26,427 bases of DNA from Candidatus Methylomirabilia bacterium (GTDB lineage Bacteria; Methylomirabilota; Methylomirabilia; Rokubacteriales; CSP1-6): contig JBGPXN010000057.1 in assembly GCA_041492755.1 (NCBI GenBank), positions 1-26,427 of the forward strand. The letters run 5' to 3'. Shown here in pieces: positions 16,261 to 24,720 of this stretch; the first letter of the stretch is position 1; each line of letters opens with the position of its first letter. The notes under the pieces are model-generated. The model was not told the DNA's origin. It saw only the letters and a list, made by a program, of their open reading frames with translations, and did not search any database. A program made the position numbers and the translations under genes.

Positions 16261-17139
16261 TCAGCGGAGGTAAGCCGGGAACACCCGGCGCAGCACTTCC
16301 GGATCGTTCATCGACAGCATGCCGGCGGCGAGCCGACGCGCGGCGCCCCGGATCGCGACGAACGTGATCTCACCCTCGGCCGCCACCCGCCCGCCCGGTA
16401 GCAACGCCGTCATGCGGGTCACCCAGCGCCGCGGATCGTCCGCCTGGGGCCGCGCGTCGGCCCGGACGGCGCGCACCGTGATCGGCGGACCGAGCGGGAT
16501 CGGCGCGTGGAGGCTCACCGCGAGCTCGGTCGTCATGCCCGATTCGCCGGTCGCGAGCGCGCCGAGCCAGAACGCCGTCTCGTCGAGCAGCGTGGTGAGG
16601 GCCACCGGCGCCAGCGTCCCGTCGGCCGCAGCGAAGCGTGGCGGTGGCGACCACGTCGCCATCACGTGGTCGCCGTCGAACTGGAGCCGTGCGTGCAAGC
16701 CGAGGTCGTTGCGCGTGCCGCACGCGAAGCAGGAATACGACACCGGCAACGGATGCCGTTCGCCACTCGAGCCCGGTGCTGACGCAGCGGGCGTGGCTCC
16801 GTCGGGCGTCGTTCCAGTGGGCGTCGCATCAGCCGTCGGCGGCGTCGCCGGCCCGACGCGGCCGTCGACCAGGCTCCCACCGTTGCCGTCGCCGAGCCTG
16901 AGCGCGAGGCCGCGGTCGTCACGCTCGATCCGGAGCGGCAGGGGAACGCCGAGCGGCACGCGCCGGTGATAGACGCCGCGCACCGCCCCGGGCGGGCCAC
17001 CGGCCAGGGCCGCGAAGAGGCCGAGCACGCTGCCGCCGTGCGCGGTGTCGGGCAGGCCACCGAAGCGGGGATCGAGGGTCACGGTGCGCGCGTCACCCTC
17101 GCCGGCGACGCCGTTACGCAGGAGCGATTCAACCGTCAT
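16261..17139 (-). CDS. Double hotdog-fold (PaaI-like thioesterase) protein
   Basis: Domain 1: F.G.P..AHGG...YHRRVPLG. Pro/Thr linker. Domain 2: CFACG..N.LGL...TTLLDE...MTTELAVSLHAPIPLG. The start is inferred at ATG 17139. Confidence 0.72.
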   Translation of the reverse strand: MTVESLLRNGVAGEGDARTVTLDPRFGGLPDTAHGGSVLGLFAALAGGPPGAVRGVYHRRVPLGVPLPLRIERDDRGLALRLGDGNGGSLVDGRVGPATPPTADATPTGTTPDGATPAASAPGSSGERHPLPVSYSCFACGTRNDLGLHARLQFDGDHVMATWSPPPRFAAADGTLAPVALTTLLDETAFWLGALATGESGMTTELAVSLHAPIPLGPPITVRAVRADARPQADDPRRWVTRMTALLPGGRVAAEGEITFVAIRGAARRLAAGMLSMNDPEVLRRVFPAYLR

Positions 17140-17164
17140 GCGATAATTCCGTCGTGCCGCGCCC

Positions 17165-17349
17165 ATGGTAGCGCACCCCGCGTTCGTGCGGGCCACCGTC
17201 GTCAACTTCTTCTTCTTCGCCGGCCTGAACTTCTTCGTCCTGCTGCCGCTCTACATCAAGGCGCACGGCGGCACCGAGGTCGAGGTCGGGCTGCCGTTCT
17301 CAGCCTCGGTCTCTCCGAGGAGACGCGCGGAGTCGTCGCCGTGCGGTGA
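17165..17349 (+). pseudogene. Internally deleted MFS transporter relic
   Basis: MVAHPAFVRATVVNFFFFAGLNFFVLLPLYIKAHGGTEVEVGL resembles MFS TM1 plus the 'LPLY...G...VG' loop. It then shifts frame into an MFS-like tail, AVLSLGLSEETRGVVAVR* (stop 17349). Confidence 0.65.
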
Positions 17350-17415
17350 CGCAGTACTATCGTGCCGGCCGTTCTATACTGGCGTCGTTCTCACTCAGAT
17401 GGCCGGACCGGCCGC

Positions 17416-17488
17416 TTCGAGCGCGGGCTCTGCCCGCGCAATCCTTTCGGGGGGGAGGTTCGGAGGGGGCCGTTGAGGGCCCCTCCGA
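17416..17488 (+). repeat. Dispersed multi-hairpin palindromic repeat (REP-like), copy 2
   Basis: ttcga-gcgcgggc-tct-gcccgcgc...gggggagg-t-tcggagggggcc-gttga-gggcccctccga; an inverted copy of 6190-6260. Confidence 0.8.
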
Positions 17489-17494
17489 GTGAAC

Positions 17495-18034
17495 ATGATC
17501 AACGCCATTGCCCGCATCAGCGTCATCGCGCTGGTCCTCGTGGCCGGCGTGACCGCGTCCAGCCGGAGCAGCGGCGCTCCCGCTCGGCCGGAGACTCCGG
17601 CGCCCAGGATGGGCGGGCTTCAGGAAGTCGACGTCATCGCGGTCGTGATGGACCAGCGGACGCGGACGCCGACGGTGATCCTCCAGGGCAAGCGGGACAA
17701 GCGCACCTTCGGGATGGCGATCGGCGTCGCCGAGGCCACCGGCATCGCGCTGCCGCTGCAAGGCGTCACGCCCCCGCGGCCGCTCACCCACGATCTGTTC
17801 CTCACCCTCTTCGGCCGGCTCAAGGTCGGTCTGACCCGCGTGGTGATCACGGATCTTCGTGACGACGTCTATTACGCCACCGTGCACCTGACGGCGGGCA
17901 CGACGGAGATGACGCTCGATTCGCGCCCGTCCGACGCGATCGCGCTCGCCCTCCGCTCCAAAGTCCCCGTCCTCGTCGAGGACCGCGTGTTCGAGAAGAG
18001 CGTCGACGAAGCGCCCAACCGGCCGAGGATCTGA
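17495..18034 (+). CDS. Bifunctional nuclease (DUF151/BFN) family protein with an N-terminal signal-peptide-like segment
   Basis: P.VIL, IG..EA..IA, PPRPLTHDL, VVITDL...YYA and DSRPSDAIALALR...PV.V are DUF151 hallmarks. The start could be 17489 or 17495. Confidence 0.9.
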   Translation: MINAIARISVIALVLVAGVTASSRSSGAPARPETPAPRMGGLQEVDVIAVVMDQRTRTPTVILQGKRDKRTFGMAIGVAEATGIALPLQGVTPPRPLTHDLFLTLFGRLKVGLTRVVITDLRDDVYYATVHLTAGTTEMTLDSRPSDAIALALRSKVPVLVEDRVFEKSVDEAPNRPRI

Positions 18035-18975
18035 TGAGCGCCGTCAACGCCGACAGCCTGCAGTGGGCGCTCCAGCGCCGGCTGGAAGACGTCTTCGCCA
18101 AGCTGGGAGAGAAGTTCGGTGACCTCACCGGGCGGGTGAACATCAAGATCCAGCCCGACGTTCGCTTCGAGGACGTGGGGGGGCTGGCCCAGGCCAGGAC
18201 GGCCCTGCGCGGGTTCGTCAACGTGCTCACCAACCCCGAGCGGTACCAGGAGTGGGGCATCGAGCCCCCGCGCGGCGTGTTGCTCTACGGCCCGCCCGGC
18301 ACCGGGAAATCGATGCTGGCGCGCGCGGTGGCGAGCGCGGCCGGCGCGATCTTCTATCACCTCAAGCTCATGAACCTGACCTCGAAGTTCGGCGCCAACA
18401 CGGGCGAGCTGCTGCAGGAGACGCTCCGCATCGCCATCGACGAGGGGCGCGCGCTGATCTTCCTGGACGAGATCGACGCCCTGTCGCTCGATCATCTGCT
18501 GCCGCCGCCGCAAGCGCGCGAGGCGAGCGCCCGCCTGGTGGCCGCGCTGTGCGAGAAGCTGGACGCGGTCGCGCCGTCCGCGCGCGTGCTCGTGATCGCC
18601 GCGACCAGCCGGACCGACGCCCTCGATCCCGCCCTCGTGGCCCCCGGCCGTTTCGATCACCTCATCGAGGTCGTGCTCCCCGACGCCGCCGCCCAGCAGG
18701 AGATTCTCGAGCTGGTGAAAGCGCGTACCGAGCGCGACGCCGGCCACCCGCTGTTCGCCACCCTCGACTACCGCAAGATCCTGCCCGTCATGGGGGGCAT
18801 GAGCGGCGCCGACATCTCCGTGATCCTGCGCCGGGCGCTCGAGGCCAAAGTCCACCGCGACGTCGGCGACGTCACCGCGAACCCGGTGACGACCGAGGAC
18901 CTGATGCTGGCCATCGACGAGTACAAGCGCGTGCGCGGCGTCGTCGAGAAGATCCGGTACGGCCAGTACCTGTGA
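18034..18975 (+). CDS. Single-domain AAA+ ATPase (PAN/Cdc48/ARC clade) with a C-terminal GQYL proteasome-interaction motif
   Basis: PDVRFEDVGGL, GIEPPRGVLLYGPPGTGKS, IFLDEID, LDPALVAPGRFD and MSGADI. It ends KIRYGQYL and is translationally coupled to DUF151 (TGATG). Confidence 0.9.
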   Translation: MSAVNADSLQWALQRRLEDVFAKLGEKFGDLTGRVNIKIQPDVRFEDVGGLAQARTALRGFVNVLTNPERYQEWGIEPPRGVLLYGPPGTGKSMLARAVASAAGAIFYHLKLMNLTSKFGANTGELLQETLRIAIDEGRALIFLDEIDALSLDHLLPPPQAREASARLVAALCEKLDAVAPSARVLVIAATSRTDALDPALVAPGRFDHLIEVVLPDAAAQQEILELVKARTERDAGHPLFATLDYRKILPVMGGMSGADISVILRRALEAKVHRDVGDVTANPVTTEDLMLAIDEYKRVRGVVEKIRYGQYL

Positions 18976-19002
18976 TGGCGTGACCGCGGCCGGTCCCGAC
19001 TC

Positions 19003-19431
19003 GTGATCGCGACCACGCGCCTCCGCGTCCGCTACAAGGACACGGACTGCATGAAGGTTGTCTACTACGGCAACTACCTGACCTACTTCGAGGTCGGGCG
19101 GGTCGAATACCTGCGCCAGCAGGGCCGGACGATCGCGGAGATCGACCAGCGCCTGCACATGCCCGTGGTGGAGACGACGGTGCGCTACGTGCGGCCGGCG
19201 CATCTGGACGACCTGCTCGACGTGGCCTGCTGGATCTCCGAGCGCAAGCGGGCGAGCTTCCGCTTCGCGTACGAGATCCGCAACGCGGCGGGCGAGGTGG
19301 TGGCCACGGGGCTCACCCTGCACGCGTGCCTGGACGTCGCCACCGGCAAGATGATCGCGGTGCCCGCCTGGCTGGCGGAGATCATGCCGGTGGCGACTCC
19401 GGGACCGGCCGAAACTCGTGCACGTGAATGA
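19003..19431 (+). CDS. Acyl-CoA thioesterase (YbgC/4HBT family)
   Basis: RVRYKDTDCMKVVYYGNYLTYFEVGR, VRYVRPA..DD and ASFRFAYEI. Confidence 0.9.
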   Translation: MIATTRLRVRYKDTDCMKVVYYGNYLTYFEVGRVEYLRQQGRTIAEIDQRLHMPVVETTVRYVRPAHLDDLLDVACWISERKRASFRFAYEIRNAAGEVVATGLTLHACLDVATGKMIAVPAWLAEIMPVATPGPAETRARE

Positions 19432-19474
19432 TGAGAACCGATCGGGTATACTCCTCTTTCGGTAACCACCCCGA

Positions 19475-20473
19475 ATGATCGAAGTCCAGAGCCTCACCAA
19501 GCACTACGGGCCGATCACCGCCATTCGCGACGTGTCCTTCGGCGTCGCGCCGGGCGAGATCGTCGGCTTCCTCGGTCCCAACGGCGCCGGCAAGTCGACG
19601 ACGATGCGGATCCTCGCCTGCTTCATGCCCGCCTCGAGTGGCTCGGCCCGCGTGGCCGGCTACGACGTGTTCAGGGAATCGATGGAGGTCCGCCGGCGGA
19701 TCGGCTACCTGCCCGAGAACGTGCCGCTCTATTCCGACATGCGGGTGCGGTCGTACCTGGACTTCGTGGCCGAGGTGAAGGGCGTGCCGCGCGGGCAGCG
19801 GCGCTCGCGGGTGGCCGAGATCATGGAGCGCTGCCTGGTGGCCGACATGCAGAACCGCCTGATCGGCAAGCTCTCCAAGGGCTACCGGCAGCGGGTCGGG
19901 CTGGCCCAGGCGCTGGTGAGCGATCCGGCCGTGCTGATCCTGGACGAGCCCACCATCGGCCTCGACCCTGCGCAGATCGCCGAGATCCGCGCGCTGATCA
20001 AGTCACTGGCCGGTGACCACACCGTCATCCTGTCCACGCACATCCTGCCCGAGGTTTCGATGGTCTGCAGCAGCGTGGTCATCATCAACAAGGGCACCAT
20101 CGTCGCCCAGGGCCCCATCGACAGCCTCGTCGAGCAATTCTTCCCCAGCGCCCGCGTGCAGGTGCAGATCGCGGGGCCGGCGGCGGCGGCGGTGCGGGAG
20201 GGACTGGCGAAGATCCCCGGGGTGCTCGCGGTCCTGGACCAGCCGGCCGAGGACGGCGCGGGCACGTACGTGGTCGAGTCCGGGCGGGATCGGGACGTGC
20301 GCGGCGAGATCTTCCAGCTCGCCGCCCAACAGCGCTGGGCGCTGGTCGAGCTCCGGCGGCTGGGCATGACCTTGGAGGAAGTGTTCATCCGCATCGTGGC
20401 GGGTGAGGAGGCGGGGGCCGCGGAGGACGGGACGCCGGCGCCGGCCGAGCCGCTCGGAGAGCCACAGGTATGA
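19475..20473 (+). CDS. ABC-2 type ATP-binding protein (GldA-like)
   Basis: GPNGAGKST, LSKGYRQRVGLAQAL, ILDEPTIGLDP, ILSTHILPEV and TLEEVFI. Confidence 0.93.
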   Translation: MIEVQSLTKHYGPITAIRDVSFGVAPGEIVGFLGPNGAGKSTTMRILACFMPASSGSARVAGYDVFRESMEVRRRIGYLPENVPLYSDMRVRSYLDFVAEVKGVPRGQRRSRVAEIMERCLVADMQNRLIGKLSKGYRQRVGLAQALVSDPAVLILDEPTIGLDPAQIAEIRALIKSLAGDHTVILSTHILPEVSMVCSSVVIINKGTIVAQGPIDSLVEQFFPSARVQVQIAGPAAAAVREGLAKIPGVLAVLDQPAEDGAGTYVVESGRDRDVRGEIFQLAAQQRWALVELRRLGMTLEEVFIRIVAGEEAGAAEDGTPAPAEPLGEPQV

Positions 20474-21237
20474 GGGTCTGGCCGATCTTCAAGAAGGAGA
20501 TGCGTCTCTATTTCACCTCGCCGATCGCGTGGGTGATCCTGAGCATCTTCCTGATCATCGCGGGGTTCTTCTTCTACAACATCTTCGTGTACTACACGCG
20601 GGCGTCCATGCAGGCGCAGATGAACCCGCAAATGGGCCGCGACCTCAACGTCACCGATGCCGTGCTGCGGCCGCTCTTCTCCAACCTCAGCGTCATCCTG
20701 TTGCTGCTCATGCCGCTGGTGACGATGCGGTTGTTCGCCGAGGAGCGGCGGTCGGGCACGATCGAGCTGCTCCTGACCTACCCGGTCCGGGACGGCGCCG
20801 TGCTGATCGGCAAGTATCTGGCCGCGCTCTGCCTCTATGCCCTCATGCTCGCGTTCACGCTGGTCTATCCCGCCACCGTGCTGTACTTCGCGCGGGTGGA
20901 GTGGGGGCCACTGGCCACCGGCTACCTCGGTCTGCTCCTCATGGGCGCCACCTTCATCTCGGTGGGGATTCTGGCGTCGTCGCTGACCGAGAACCAGATC
21001 GTGGCGGCCATCAGCACGTTCGGCGTGCTGCTGATGTTCTGGGTCATCGGCTGGTCCGCGGAGTACGTCGGCGGCGGATGGGGACAGGTGCTCTCCCACC
21101 TCTCGATCCTCGACCACTTCGACACCTTCGCGCGGGGGATCCTCGACACCAAGGACGTCATTTATTACGTGAACCTCTCGCTCGTCGCGCTTCTCCTGAC
21201 CCACCGGTCACTCGAAGCGCGACGCTGGAAAGGCTAG
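20470..21237 (+). CDS. ABC-2 permease (GldF-like)
   Basis: KKEMRLYFTSPIAW, TMRLFAEERRSGTIELLLTYP, SSLTENQIVAA and several TM helices. ATGA overlap with the previous gene. Confidence 0.92.
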   Translation: MRVWPIFKKEMRLYFTSPIAWVILSIFLIIAGFFFYNIFVYYTRASMQAQMNPQMGRDLNVTDAVLRPLFSNLSVILLLLMPLVTMRLFAEERRSGTIELLLTYPVRDGAVLIGKYLAALCLYALMLAFTLVYPATVLYFARVEWGPLATGYLGLLLMGATFISVGILASSLTENQIVAAISTFGVLLMFWVIGWSAEYVGGGWGQVLSHLSILDHFDTFARGILDTKDVIYYVNLSLVALLLTHRSLEARRWKG

Positions 21238-22797
21238 ATGCAGCGCATCCTCGACTGGGGCGGCTACGTCGGTCTCGCCGTGCTGCTGGCGGCGTTCGTG
21301 CTGCCGTTCGTCAAGCCCGAATGGGGTCGCATGCAATGGTGGCTGGTGGGGGCGGGGGTCCTGCTCGTGCTCGCCTCGCTGCTGGGGCACGTCAACGTGC
21401 GCGGGGCGGTGGGCCGGCGCTCGACCCGCTATGGGTTCAACGCCGCGGTCGCCGTCGTGCTCATCCTCGCTATCGCCAGCTTCGTGGAGGCGGTCTCCTA
21501 CCGGCGGAACGCGCGGCTCGATCTCACCGAAAATCGCCGGCACAGCCTGGCGCCGCAGACCATCCAGCTCCTCAAGGGCCTGTCCACCGACGTCAACGCG
21601 GTCGCCTTCTTCCGGAGCGACCAGCCCGGAAAGCGCGTGGCCGAGGATCTCCTCAAGCAGTACGCGCGCTACTCCAGCGGGAAGCTGACCTGGAAGGCGG
21701 TGGACCCCGATCGCGAGCCCGGGCTCGCCCGCCGGTACGCCGTGGAGTCGTACGGCACCATCGTGCTCGAGACGAAGACCAAGTCGGAGAAGGTGCTCGA
21801 CGCCGAGGAGGAGAAGCTCACCAACGGCCTGCTCAAGGTCACGCGCGAGGGCAAGCGCGCGGTGTACGTCGTGCAGGGCCACGGAGAGCACGAGCTCACC
21901 AGCAGCGAGCGCGCCGGCTTCACCGAGGCCAAGGCCGCCCTTGAGCGCGCCAACTACGAGGTCAAGCCGCTGGTCCTGGCCCGCCAGGACAAGATTCCCG
22001 ACGACGCGGCGGTGGTGATCGTCGCCGGCCCACGGGCCGAGCTGCTGCAGCCCGAGATCGACGCGCTCGATCGCTACGTCGGCAAGGGCGGCAAGCTGCT
22101 CGCGATGGTGGACCCGGTGGTGGCGCCCAACCAGCGCGAGGCGGCCAACCTCAAGAACTTCCTCGGCAAGCTCGGGTTCGAGCTGGGCGACAGCCTGATC
22201 ATCGAGCTGAATCCGATCGGGCGCCTGTTCGGCATCGGTCCCGAAGTGCCGATCGTCCAGCAATACGAGCCGCATCCGATCACCCGCGACCTGGGGGGCG
22301 TGACCACGCTGTTCCCGCTCTCGCGGCCGGTCAACAGCGCCAAGACCCCGCCCCCTGGCACACCCGACGCCGCGCCCGGCGGCTGGCAGGTGCAACCCCT
22401 CGCGCGCACCAGCGCCGACAGCTGGGGTGAGACGGATAAAGCCTCGCTCCAGCAGGGTCAGGTCAAGCCCGATCCGCAAGATCCCAAGGGGCCGCTGCCG
22501 GTGGCGGCGGTCGCCACCAAGGACAAGTCGCGGATCGTCGTCTACGGCTCGTCCAGTCTCGCCGCCAACCAGTTCCTCAATCTGCAAGGCAACCGCGATT
22601 TCTTCCTGAATACGGTGAGCTGGCTCGCGGAGGAAGAGGATCAGATCTCCGTCCGGCCCAAGGACGTGCGCCAGACGCCGGTCTTCCTGAGCGGCCAGCA
22701 GGAGCAGGCGGTGCGTACGATTACCCTCTTCCTCGTGCCCGGCATCGTCGTCGTCGGTGGGATCGTGGCCGCCGTGAGGCGACGCGCGGCGATGTAG
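21238..22797 (+). CDS. GldG-family ABC auxiliary protein (GIFT domain)
   Basis: Three N-terminal TM helices, RLDLTENRRHSLAPQT, VDPDREP, QGHGE, VIVAGP, HPITR, GNRDFFLNTVSWL and a C-terminal TM helix. Confidence 0.9.
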   Translation: MQRILDWGGYVGLAVLLAAFVLPFVKPEWGRMQWWLVGAGVLLVLASLLGHVNVRGAVGRRSTRYGFNAAVAVVLILAIASFVEAVSYRRNARLDLTENRRHSLAPQTIQLLKGLSTDVNAVAFFRSDQPGKRVAEDLLKQYARYSSGKLTWKAVDPDREPGLARRYAVESYGTIVLETKTKSEKVLDAEEEKLTNGLLKVTREGKRAVYVVQGHGEHELTSSERAGFTEAKAALERANYEVKPLVLARQDKIPDDAAVVIVAGPRAELLQPEIDALDRYVGKGGKLLAMVDPVVAPNQREAANLKNFLGKLGFELGDSLIIELNPIGRLFGIGPEVPIVQQYEPHPITRDLGGVTTLFPLSRPVNSAKTPPPGTPDAAPGGWQVQPLARTSADSWGETDKASLQQGQVKPDPQDPKGPLPVAAVATKDKSRIVVYGSSSLAANQFLNLQGNRDFFLNTVSWLAEEEDQISVRPKDVRQTPVFLSGQQEQAVRTITLFLVPGIVVVGGIVAAVRRRAAM

Positions 22798-22801
22798 TCC
22801 G

Positions 22802-24556
22802 ATGCGCTGGCAGACTACTGCCGCTCTCGCCGTCCTCCTCCTGCTCGCCGGAGGCTTCTACTACGTGTACGAGGTCCGCATGGGCCCCGACCGCGAGAAG
22901 ACCGAGGCGCGCAAGGGCCGCGTCTTCACCGTGGAGCCGGGCGACGTCACCGAGGTCGCGATCAAGCGCTCGGGCGACACGCTACGGGCCAAGCGCGAAG
23001 GCGACGGCTGGGAGCTGCTGGAGCCGCTCAAGGCGCGCGGCAACCGCGGCCAGCTCGACGAGGTGGTGACGACGATCACCACCGCCAAGATGGACCGCGA
23101 GATCGCGGCGGCGCCCGGCTCGCTCGCGGAGTTCGGTCTGGACAAGCCGGTGGCCGAGGTCACGCTGAGCCTCAAGGACGGCAAGCAGGTCGGCCTCGCC
23201 CTCGGCGCCAAGAGCCCGACCGGCGTCTGGGTGTACGCGCGCGAGAAGGACAAGCCGAGCGTGTTCGTGGTCGGCGAGAGCGTGTTGCGTGACGCCACCA
23301 GGCCGGTGGCCGAGCTACGCGACCGCACGCTGCTCCGATTCGATCGCAAGGCGATCAGCGCGATCGAGATCGCCACCCGGGACGACGCGATGACGGCGGA
23401 GCTCGCCGACGGCAAGTGGAAGCTGACCCGTCCCGTCGCCCTGCCCGCGGACGCCGACACCATCAACGAGTTCCTCGAGAAGCTCGCGGGGGCGCAGATC
23501 AAGGAGTTCGCGGCGGAGGCGCCGCCGTCCGTGCAGCCCTACGGCCTGGACCGGCCGACGAAAGTGACCATCCACACCGGCCGCGACAAGGAGCGGAGCC
23601 AGAAGACGCTGCAGCTCGGCCGCGTGGACACGGAGAAGAAGGGCGTCTACGCGATGCGGCCCGGCGAGGCGAGCGTCTTCCTCATCCCCGAGGACGTGTG
23701 GACGGCCATGCCGAAGACCGTCGCCGCCGTGCGCAACCGGGTGGTGGTGGACTTCGACCGCGAGAAGCTCACGCGCGTCGACATAGCGAGCGAGAAGGGG
23801 CCGGTGACCCTCGCGCGCGACAACGACCGCTGGCGCATCACGGCGCCCGAGGCGCTGCCGGCGGACCAGGTGCAGATCGGCAGTCTGCTCTCACGGCTGC
23901 GCGACATCCGCTCGCAGGGCTTCGTGGCGGAGGACGCGTCGGGAATCCAGAAGTATCTGGCGAAGCCGGCGGCCAGGATCACGCTGACCACGGCCGAGGG
24001 CTCGCAGGTCGTGTTGCTCGCGCCGTCGACGGACAAGCGCGGAGGGCAGCCGAGCGCGTACGCCGCCATCGCCGGTCGCGGCCCGGTCGCGCTGGTGGAC
24101 GCGAAGATCCTCGACGAGGTCACGCGCGGCGCCGGTGATCTGCGCGACCGCACGCTGGTGGTGGGACTCGAGCCGCGGGAGATCGCGCGCGTCCGCATTA
24201 CCGGCAACGGCCAGACGGTCGTGCTCGAGCGCAAGGGCGACAGCGACTGGCGGCTGGTCGAGCCCACCAAGGGCGCGGCCAAGAGCACGAAGGTCGACGA
24301 CCTGCTGTTCAGCCTGCGCGCGCTGAAGTGGCAGGAGATCGTGGGGCCGGCGGGCGACGCCGGCAAGTACGGCCTCGACGCGCCCACCTATGAGGTCGTG
24401 CTCTTCCGCAAGGACGGCGGCGAGCTGGCCACGCTTCAGGTCGGGCGCAAGGACGCCGAGCGTGTCTTCCTGCGCACCAAGGGCTCTGCCGTCTACGCTG
24501 TCGATCCCAAGCAGCTCGGCGAGCTACCGAAGGTTCCGGACGACTTCAAGGCCTGA
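22802..24556 (+). CDS. DUF4340-domain protein with four ~140-aa repeats
   Basis: N-terminal membrane anchor. Repeated W.L..P (WELLEP/WKLTRP/WRITAP/WRLVEP), [YF]GLD.P and [LV]R[DN]R motifs. It occupies the usual position after gldAFG-like genes. Confidence 0.85.
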   Translation: MRWQTTAALAVLLLLAGGFYYVYEVRMGPDREKTEARKGRVFTVEPGDVTEVAIKRSGDTLRAKREGDGWELLEPLKARGNRGQLDEVVTTITTAKMDREIAAAPGSLAEFGLDKPVAEVTLSLKDGKQVGLALGAKSPTGVWVYAREKDKPSVFVVGESVLRDATRPVAELRDRTLLRFDRKAISAIEIATRDDAMTAELADGKWKLTRPVALPADADTINEFLEKLAGAQIKEFAAEAPPSVQPYGLDRPTKVTIHTGRDKERSQKTLQLGRVDTEKKGVYAMRPGEASVFLIPEDVWTAMPKTVAAVRNRVVVDFDREKLTRVDIASEKGPVTLARDNDRWRITAPEALPADQVQIGSLLSRLRDIRSQGFVAEDASGIQKYLAKPAARITLTTAEGSQVVLLAPSTDKRGGQPSAYAAIAGRGPVALVDAKILDEVTRGAGDLRDRTLVVGLEPREIARVRITGNGQTVVLERKGDSDWRLVEPTKGAAKSTKVDDLLFSLRALKWQEIVGPAGDAGKYGLDAPTYEVVLFRKDGGELATLQVGRKDAERVFLRTKGSAVYAVDPKQLGELPKVPDDFKA

Positions 24557-24720
24557 CCCGTCCCGCCTCACCCCGGGCTGACCCCACGGCCTGGGGCCCC
24601 TGGCCTGCGTCCCCCCGAGCTGTCGGGGCTTGACGCCCCTGCGCCTACGGTGTAAACAACACGGCCTGATATCGTTTCGGCCTCAAGTCTGTGATCGGGG
24701 GTGCCGATAAAAAGGGCACT

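Noticed and set aside
16789..16833. 15-nt tandem repeats as a CRISPR array or contingency locus
   Set aside because: Only three degenerate in-frame units encoding a Pro/Thr linker, with no spacers and no cas genes.
6190..17488. The two inverted repeat copies as ends of an 11-kb transposon or invertible segment
   Set aside because: There is no transposase or recombinase between them, the copies are diverged, and I saw no target-site duplication. Independent insertions are the simpler explanation.
19475..22797. Calling this a gliding-motility locus
   Set aside because: GldAFG-like ABC systems occur widely without gliding, and no other gld/spr/T9SS genes are in the window.
24600..24720. Possible c-di-GMP-I riboswitch upstream of the pilin (…gatcgggggtgccga…, with a small gtgcc/ggcac hairpin over the RBS)
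   Set aside because: Only the 3' end is vaguely similar; the GGCAAAC…GAAA…GACGCAAAGC core is absent. An Infernal/Rfam scan would settle it. A weak TTGACG-N17-TAAACA promoter (24630-24658) is also possible but unsupported.
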